Shown: positions 26,462 through 32,000 of the stretch, in pieces | Layout of the letters: the number at the start of each line of letters is the position of its first letter | Numbering within the stretch: the stretch's first letter is position 1 | Source of the DNA: Horticoccus luteus | GTDB taxonomy: Bacteria; Verrucomicrobiota; Verrucomicrobiia; Opitutales; Opitutaceae | Length of the DNA stretch: 32,000 bases | Direction: 5' to 3' | Assembly: GCF_019464535.1 (NCBI RefSeq) | Contig: NZ_CP080507.1 | Span: forward strand, 3,780,001 to 3,812,000 | Notes under the pieces: generated by a model | Databases searched by the model: none | Seen by the model: the letters and a program-made list of their open reading frames with translations, nothing else | Told to the model about the DNA's origin: nothing | Position numbers and translations under genes: made by a program

Positions 26462-28509
26462 GGCGCTGCCGGCTCGCTTTTCTGGTCGCGCTCGCGCTCG
26501 TCGCGTATTGGACGATGGCGGTCAGCGTTTCCTCCCGCAACGGCGTCACCGCCGACGAGGTCGTTCATCTCACCGGCGGCTACAGCTATTGGAAGTTCAA
26601 CGATTACCGCCTGCACCCGGAAAACGGCACGCTGCCCATGCGCATCGCGGCGCTCCCGCTCCTCGCGATGGACCTGCGTTTTCCGCCGCTCACCGATCCC
26701 AATTGGCTGCACTCGCAGGTGAACCGCGTCGGCGAGGATTTCTTTTTCAACGAGGGTAATCCCACCGCGGCAATGCTCTGGCGCGCCCGCGCGATGATCG
26801 CGCTCTTCGGCGTGTTCACCGTCTGGCTCACGTGGCGCTGGGCGCGCGGTCTCTTCGGTCCCGCCGCCGGCTGGGTGGCGCTCACGCTCGCCGTTTTTTC
26901 GCCGACGCTCCTCGCCCACGGCGGACTCGCCACGTCCGACATGGCGCTCGCCGCCACCATGATCGCCGCGCTCTCGATCATCTGGCGCCTGCTGCACCGC
27001 GCGACTTGGTTGCGCCTCGCGCTCACGAGCCTCGCCTGCGCCGCGGTCTTTCTCTCCAAAATGTCCGGCGTGCTCATCGTGCCGCTTGCGGGACTCCTCC
27101 TCGTGCTGCGCTGGTGGCAACCTGCGCCGCTCGTCCTCGCGTTTGGCCGCCAAGAACGCTGGCTGCGCCGCCGCGGTGCCATCATCGCCGCCACGCTCGG
27201 CCTCGCCGCCGCCGCCGGGGCCGCGAGCCTTGTGCTGCTCTGGGGCGCCTACGGCTTTCGTTACGAAGGCTTCAACCGCGCCCGCTCCGCCGCCGTGTCG
27301 TATTACTTTTCGTGGGACGTCATTCTCGACCACGATCCGCTGCCGACCTACCACGACAGCGAACTCGCCCGCTTCGGCGTCGAGGGCATGCCGCCCCGGC
27401 CGACCCTCATGACGCGCACGATCGAGGTCATGCGCGACCATCACGTCCTGCCCGAAGCCTACCTCTGGGGCTTCGCGCACACGTATAAATTCTCCCGCGA
27501 ACGCCCCGCGTTTTTTCTCGGCGAATACGGCCGCACCGGCTGGCCCGCGTTTTTCCCCGTGGCATTTCTCATGAAAACCACGCTGCCGGCGCTGCTCCTG
27601 ATCGCAGCCGGCGTGGCCGCGCTGATCATTTTGCGGCGGCGGCGCATCGTCGCGCCCGGCATCCGCTGGCGCCGCCCGTGGCTCTACCGCGCCGCCCCGC
27701 TCGTCCTGTTCTTCGCGGTTTACTGGACGATGGCGATCAACCTGCACCTCAACATCGGCCAGCGGCACATCCTGCCGATGTATCCGATCTTCTTCGTCTT
27801 CGCGTCGGCGACAGTGCTGTGGATTGCGCGCGTCGGCCGGCGGCCGCTTACCCTCGCGCTCGCGGCGCTGCTTCTTCTCCACGCCACCGACTCGCTCGCC
27901 GCGCGGCCGTTCTACCTCGCGTATTTTCAACCGCTCACGGGCGGCCCATCCCGCGCCTACCGCTACTTTGTCGACAGCTCGCTCGACTGGGGCCAGGGCC
28001 TGCCCGACTTCACGCACTGGCTCGCCACGCTGCGCGAACGTGGCGACCGCGAGCCCGTTTATCTCACCTATTTCGGCGCCGACTCGCCGCGCGCGCGCCA
28101 CCTGCCCGTCATCCGTTTCGGCGACGAACTCAACGACCGCGGCGCCCGCGCTTTTCCGGCGCAAGTGCGCGGCGGCTGGTTCGCCATCAGCGCCACGTAT
28201 TTTCAACGCATCTACATTCCTGTGCGGGGCCGTTGGACGCTCGGCCACGAACAACTCTATCGCGCACTCATGCGCCACATCGCCGCCAGCGCGCAACACC
28301 CGCCCACCGACGGTGCCGCCCGCGCGAAGCTCCTCCGCGAGGCCATGGACTACGAAGTCCTCCAGTTCGGCCGCCTCTCGCATTTCCTCCACGCACGCCA
28401 TCCCGACACCGTCATCGGTGCATCCATTCTTGTTTTTCATCTGACCGACGCTGAAGTGGCGTTTGCCCTTTATGCGCCTTGGGACCAATTCCAGCCCTAC
28501 GTCGACTAA
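26458..28509 (+). CDS. GT-C fold membrane glycosyltransferase (PMT/ArnT, GT39/83-like) with C-terminal soluble domain, paralog 1
   Basis: GTG start overlaps the GT2 stop (GTGA, 26458-26461). First-loop acidic motif VTADEVVH, as in the PMT DE motif. About 11 or more TM helices, including LNIGQRHILPMYP. The C-terminal roughly 220 aa carries DSSLDWGQGLP. Confidence 0.85.
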   Translation: MRRCRLAFLVALALVAYWTMAVSVSSRNGVTADEVVHLTGGYSYWKFNDYRLHPENGTLPMRIAALPLLAMDLRFPPLTDPNWLHSQVNRVGEDFFFNEGNPTAAMLWRARAMIALFGVFTVWLTWRWARGLFGPAAGWVALTLAVFSPTLLAHGGLATSDMALAATMIAALSIIWRLLHRATWLRLALTSLACAAVFLSKMSGVLIVPLAGLLLVLRWWQPAPLVLAFGRQERWLRRRGAIIAATLGLAAAAGAASLVLLWGAYGFRYEGFNRARSAAVSYYFSWDVILDHDPLPTYHDSELARFGVEGMPPRPTLMTRTIEVMRDHHVLPEAYLWGFAHTYKFSRERPAFFLGEYGRTGWPAFFPVAFLMKTTLPALLLIAAGVAALIILRRRRIVAPGIRWRRPWLYRAAPLVLFFAVYWTMAINLHLNIGQRHILPMYPIFFVFASATVLWIARVGRRPLTLALAALLLLHATDSLAARPFYLAYFQPLTGGPSRAYRYFVDSSLDWGQGLPDFTHWLATLRERGDREPVYLTYFGADSPRARHLPVIRFGDELNDRGARAFPAQVRGGWFAISATYFQRIYIPVRGRWTLGHEQLYRALMRHIAASAQHPPTDGAARAKLLREAMDYEVLQFGRLSHFLHARHPDTVIGASILVFHLTDAEVAFALYAPWDQFQPYVD

Positions 28510-30463
28510 CGCCGCGTTGCCCCGCTGGGCCTGGCTCGCCGTCGCGCTCCTCCTCGCCGCGCACGCGTGGTTCGCATGGAGTGGCAAACGCGAGTGGGGC
28601 GTCACCGGCGACGAGATCGCGCACGTCGTCGCAGGTCGCGCGTATTGGGCGTGGAACGATTACCGGCTGCAGCCGGAAAATGGCAACCTGCCCCAGCGTT
28701 GGGCCGCCCTGCCTGCCACACTCGCCGACACGCGTCTGCCGCCCGCGTCCACGCCCGAATGGGCTACCTCCGACGTCTGGGTGCTCGGGCACAAATACCT
28801 CTTCGAACTCCATAACGACACCGCGTGGCTCCTCTCCAGTGCGCGCGCGATGAACGTCGTCTGGAGCGTCGGCGTCGCGTTCCTCGTCTTTCTCTGGGCG
28901 CGACGGTTCTTCGGTCTGCTGGGCGGATTCGTCGCATTGGTCTTCTGCTGCGCCGATCCGACGATGCTCGCCCACGGCGCACTCGCCACCTCCGACATGT
29001 GCATGGCGTTTTTCTTCCTCGCCGCCGTCACCGCGTGGGACTGGCACTTGCGCAGGCTCGATGTTCGCTCGGGCCTGGTAAGCGCGCTTGTGCTTGGCCT
29101 CGCCTGCGTCGCGAAGTTCTCCGCCGTCCTCCTCGGTCCGATGTTCGTTTTGATCGCGGTGGCGCACTTTGCTCTCGCTGCGAACAAATGGCCGTGGCCG
29201 CGACTGGCGCTGAGTGTGGGCGGGCACCTCGTCACGGCGTGGATCGTCATCTGGGCGTTCTTCGGTTTCCGTTGGGCGGCCGTGGCTCCGGGCGGTCTAG
29301 CGTTCGATCATTTTATTTTTCCGTGGCCGGACCTGCTCCATGACGCGGGCGGCGCCGGCTTGATCCTCGGGTGGCTCCGCACACTGCACGCGTTGCCGGA
29401 AGCGTTTCTCTACGGGTTCAATCACGTGCTCGTCTACTCGCAGCAACGCGCCGCGTTTCTCGACGGCGATTACAGCATTCACGGCTGGGTGCGCTTCTTC
29501 CCGCTGGCATTTCTCTACAAATCTCCCCTCGCGCTCCTGTTCGCGCTGCCGGTCTCCGCCGCCATTGTGCTGACGCGCCTCGGCGTTGAGCGCGCTCGCC
29601 GGCGCCGTGCTCTCGACCGCGCAGCCCCGTTGCTCGCCCTGCTGCTCGTTTACGGTGCGTCCGCCCTCTGCACGCATCTCAACATCGGCCAGCGCCACCT
29701 TCTTCCGCTCTACCCGGTGTGCTTCATCGCGACCGGCGCGCTCGGCTGGCGTTGGCGTTTTGCACCTTGGCGCGTGGGCGCGCTGATCGGCGCGCTGCTC
29801 ATCGGCCTCGTCGTGGGCGTGGCCCGCGTGCATCCGCACGAGCTCGCGTTTTTCAACGCCGCCGCCGGCGGCCCGCAGCGCGGCTATCTGCATCTCGTCG
29901 ACAGCTCCCTCGACTGGGGCCAGGACCTGCCCGGCTTGAAAAAATGGCTTGCTGCGCACGCCGGCGATGAACGCGTCTTCCTCGCCTACTTCGGCTCCGA
30001 CGAGCCTGACCACTATCGCATCGCCGCCACGCGCCTGCCGTTCGTCAACGGCTACCACACCCCTTCCGTGTGGTATGAGCCGGGCGCCGGCCTCTACTGC
30101 GTCAGCGCCACGATGCTGCAGGCCGACTACCTGCCCGGCCGCGGTGACTGGACCGCCGATACCGAACGCGAGTATCAACAACTCCGCGCTCTCGCGCCCG
30201 CTTTCGCCCGCTACGCGCAGGACCCGGCCGCGCGCCCCGCCCTCGATCGCGACGCTTCTCCGTCGCAATGGCACACCGCGTGGGGCCGGTTCGACGCCCT
30301 GCGTTTCGTGCGGCTCTGTCACTACTTGCGCGTGAAGCCACCCCTCGCGCAAATCGGCGGCTCGATCTTCGTCTACCGCCTCAGCGCCGACGAAGTGAAC
30401 ACCGCCTGCGACGGCGATCTCCACGCGTTGCTCCGCCTCATCGAGACGCAGGCGCGCCGCTGA
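28472..30463 (+). CDS. GT-C fold membrane glycosyltransferase, paralog 2 (start uncertain: TTG 28463, ATG 28472 or TTG 28517)
   Basis: Collinear with paralog 1: VTGDEIAH, NDYRLQPENGNLP, LNIGQRHLLPLYP, DSSLDWGQDLP, and a C-terminal IGGSIFVYRLSADEV versus IGASILVFHLTDAEV. The TTG at 28517 would give an N-terminus aligned with paralog 1 and no overlap. Confidence 0.85.
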   Translation: MRLGTNSSPTSTNAALPRWAWLAVALLLAAHAWFAWSGKREWGVTGDEIAHVVAGRAYWAWNDYRLQPENGNLPQRWAALPATLADTRLPPASTPEWATSDVWVLGHKYLFELHNDTAWLLSSARAMNVVWSVGVAFLVFLWARRFFGLLGGFVALVFCCADPTMLAHGALATSDMCMAFFFLAAVTAWDWHLRRLDVRSGLVSALVLGLACVAKFSAVLLGPMFVLIAVAHFALAANKWPWPRLALSVGGHLVTAWIVIWAFFGFRWAAVAPGGLAFDHFIFPWPDLLHDAGGAGLILGWLRTLHALPEAFLYGFNHVLVYSQQRAAFLDGDYSIHGWVRFFPLAFLYKSPLALLFALPVSAAIVLTRLGVERARRRRALDRAAPLLALLLVYGASALCTHLNIGQRHLLPLYPVCFIATGALGWRWRFAPWRVGALIGALLIGLVVGVARVHPHELAFFNAAAGGPQRGYLHLVDSSLDWGQDLPGLKKWLAAHAGDERVFLAYFGSDEPDHYRIAATRLPFVNGYHTPSVWYEPGAGLYCVSATMLQADYLPGRGDWTADTEREYQQLRALAPAFARYAQDPAARPALDRDASPSQWHTAWGRFDALRFVRLCHYLRVKPPLAQIGGSIFVYRLSADEVNTACDGDLHALLRLIETQARR

Positions 30464-30511
30464 CGCACGCCGCGGCTTCGGGCGCCGCGCGCCTCTCCCG
30501 CGGATCCCGAC

Positions 30512-31198
30512 TCAGTGCCGCACGTGCACGAAATTGCTGCGGGAAAGTTCGTAGCTGCCGCCGACTTTGATGAACGCGATCGACCCGCGGCCCGTCGCCC
30601 GCAACGCCGTCAACGTCGGCGGCGAGTCGCCGTCCGCGCTCTTGAAATGCAAATTCGCCTCGCCCGTTTCCAACTGCAGGATCGCCCGCGTCCGCACCGG
30701 CTCGCGTAGCCGCACCCACATCTCTTCCAGCGCCGGCTCCTGCTTGTTGACGCGCACGACCACGTAAAATTTGTCGGGATCAATTGACTCCCCCTCCGCA
30801 CGCTTGAGCGGCACTTGGTAAAACACCGCGTCGCCTTCCTCGCGTAATCGCCGCGCCGCCTCCACGTCCAATAACTGGCTCAGCGCCTGCGGATCGGTCT
30901 GCTGCCGGTGCTTCTCCTGCGAACGCCGGTATTTGCGGATCTGCGACTCCGTCGGCTCCTGCCCATTGATCAGCAACGGCGTAAATTGTTCGTCCTCGGG
31001 CCGCGACGGATCGTAGCGCATCACGACTTCCCGCCGCAGTTTCCCGTCGTTGTCGCGCGATACGGTTTTCTGCGTGTAAGCCCACTCATTCGATTCCGCC
31101 GCGAAGCGGTCGACCGCCGTCGCCAGCACATCGGGACCCGCCGCGTAAGTCGCGAGCGAACCGGTGAGACAAAGTAGAAGGGTGAAAAGTCGGCGCAT
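30512..31198 (-). CDS. Hypothetical secreted protein
   Basis: Start at ATG 31198 (MRRLFTLLLCLTGSLATYAAG, a signal peptide). 228 aa of non-repetitive sequence. The upstream 118 codons of the listed ORF are Arg/Gly/Ala-rich and look non-coding. I do not recognise the family. Confidence 0.62.
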   Translation of the reverse strand: MRRLFTLLLCLTGSLATYAAGPDVLATAVDRFAAESNEWAYTQKTVSRDNDGKLRREVVMRYDPSRPEDEQFTPLLINGQEPTESQIRKYRRSQEKHRQQTDPQALSQLLDVEAARRLREEGDAVFYQVPLKRAEGESIDPDKFYVVVRVNKQEPALEEMWVRLREPVRTRAILQLETGEANLHFKSADGDSPPTLTALRATGRGSIAFIKVGGSYELSRSNFVHVRH

Positions 31199-31383
31199 TG
31201 AGGGTCGGCAAACTGCTGCCTTTTTCCCGCGTCGCAACCTCCCCGCCGCCCCTCGCCCGGCAGGCTGCACAGCATCAACAAGATCCTGCGCCAAAAATTT
31301 GCATGTGGGTCGCTGGTCGCTCTCCACCGAGCCGGAAATCACGTCCGGATCCGCGCCCCCGAAACGCCTCCTGTGCGTTGTTG

Positions 31384-32000
31384 CTACACCGGCTCGACGT
31401 GCACCGACACGTCCGTGATATGCAACGGCGCCGCCAGCAAAGCATCTTTCACCGCATGCGCGATGTCGTGGCCCGCCCGCACGGACAACGCTCCATCGAC
31501 CCGCACATGGATGTCGACGAGATGGCTCAGTCCGCTTTTCCGCACACGGCATTTGTCGAGCTCGCGCACGCCCGGCACCGCCAGCGCATACGCGCGCACC
31601 CGCTGCTCGATCTGGTCGGGCACCGCTGTATCCATCACATCACGCAACGCCCGCCCGGCCATCAGCACGCCGTTGAACGCGATCACCACGCAGGCAAATA
31701 ACGCCGCCCAATCGTCCGCCGTCTCGAAACCCTTGCCGCCGATCACCGCAATCGCGATGCCCACAAACGCCGCGCCCGACGTCACCGCGTCCGCCCAATG
31801 ATGCATCGCCTCGACGCCGAGTGCCGTGCTTCCCGCCGTTTCGCCCGCAGCGTGCAACCGTCGCGAGAACCAGATCTTCACGGCCACGATGCCCGCGAGC
31901 AGCGGCAACGTCGCCCAATGCGGCCCCCGGTGCGGCGTGACGATCTCGTGCACCGCATGCCAGCCGATCCACAGCGCCACCAGAAAGATGAACCCCGCCA
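31384..32000 (-). CDS. Cation diffusion facilitator (CDF) family metal transporter, N-terminus beyond window
   Basis: TM5 metal site HHWADAVTS (HxxxD). The C-terminal cytoplasmic domain has VRELDKCRVRKSG..HLVDIHVRVDGALSV.AGHDIAH.VKD and ends in VHVEP. The frame stays open to position 32000. Confidence 0.88.
   Translation of the reverse strand, partial: AGFIFLVALWIGWHAVHEIVTPHRGPHWATLPLLAGIVAVKIWFSRRLHAAGETAGSTALGVEAMHHWADAVTSGAAFVGIAIAVIGGKGFETADDWAALFACVVIAFNGVLMAGRALRDVMDTAVPDQIEQRVRAYALAVPGVRELDKCRVRKSGLSHLVDIHVRVDGALSVRAGHDIAHAVKDALLAAPLHITDVSVHVEPV

Noticed and set aside
26413-28605. 730-aa minus-strand ORF opposite GT-C paralog 1 (similar cases at 29297-30424 and 25226-26404)
   Set aside because: The translations are Arg/Gly/Glu/Ala-rich with no motifs. 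The plus-strand frames give coherent TM proteins with conserved paralogous motifs.

Overview
This is a high-GC chromosomal segment (by eye about two-thirds G+C) from a Gram-negative bacterium. Gene content and composition remind me of Verrucomicrobiota/Opitutaceae, but that is only a guess.

I support about 35 genes, mostly housekeeping:
- two tandem PilT-family ATPases;
- an atypical four-gene cbb3 oxidase operon;
- an HI0933-type flavoprotein;
- a Spy/CpxP-like periplasmic protein, divergent from an operon of ABC ATPase, large membrane protein and mini-zincin;
- SYLF, VOC, CinA and Xth proteins, a long CGS-like PLP enzyme and a DUF167 protein;
- MATE and DMT transporters, MsrB, XseA with a metallophosphoesterase, and a TVP38/DedA-like protein;
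- a polyprenyl-phosphate-type glycosylation cluster (small DMT, two GT2, two tandem PMT/ArnT-like GT-C paralogs);
- a secreted protein and a partial CDF transporter.

The only clearly accessory stretch is a roughly 3 kb lower-GC islet at about 22374-25486, which splits the glycosylation cluster. It carries a gamma-class N6-adenine methyltransferase, an XhoI/PaeR7I-like PD-ExK endonuclease and an apparently intact MazF toxin. The MazE antitoxin is reduced to a truncated, stop-interrupted remnant.

I saw no rRNA, tRNA, CRISPR array, transposase or integrase. I do not see convincing evidence of a wholly new multi-gene system. The most unusual items are the antitoxin-less MazF fused onto an R-M cassette, the rearranged cbb3 operon and the duplicated GT-C enzymes with a shared C-terminal domain.

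All family calls come from motif recognition by eye, not from searches. Many long ORFs in the track are antisense or off-frame shadows typical of high-GC DNA and were rejected.
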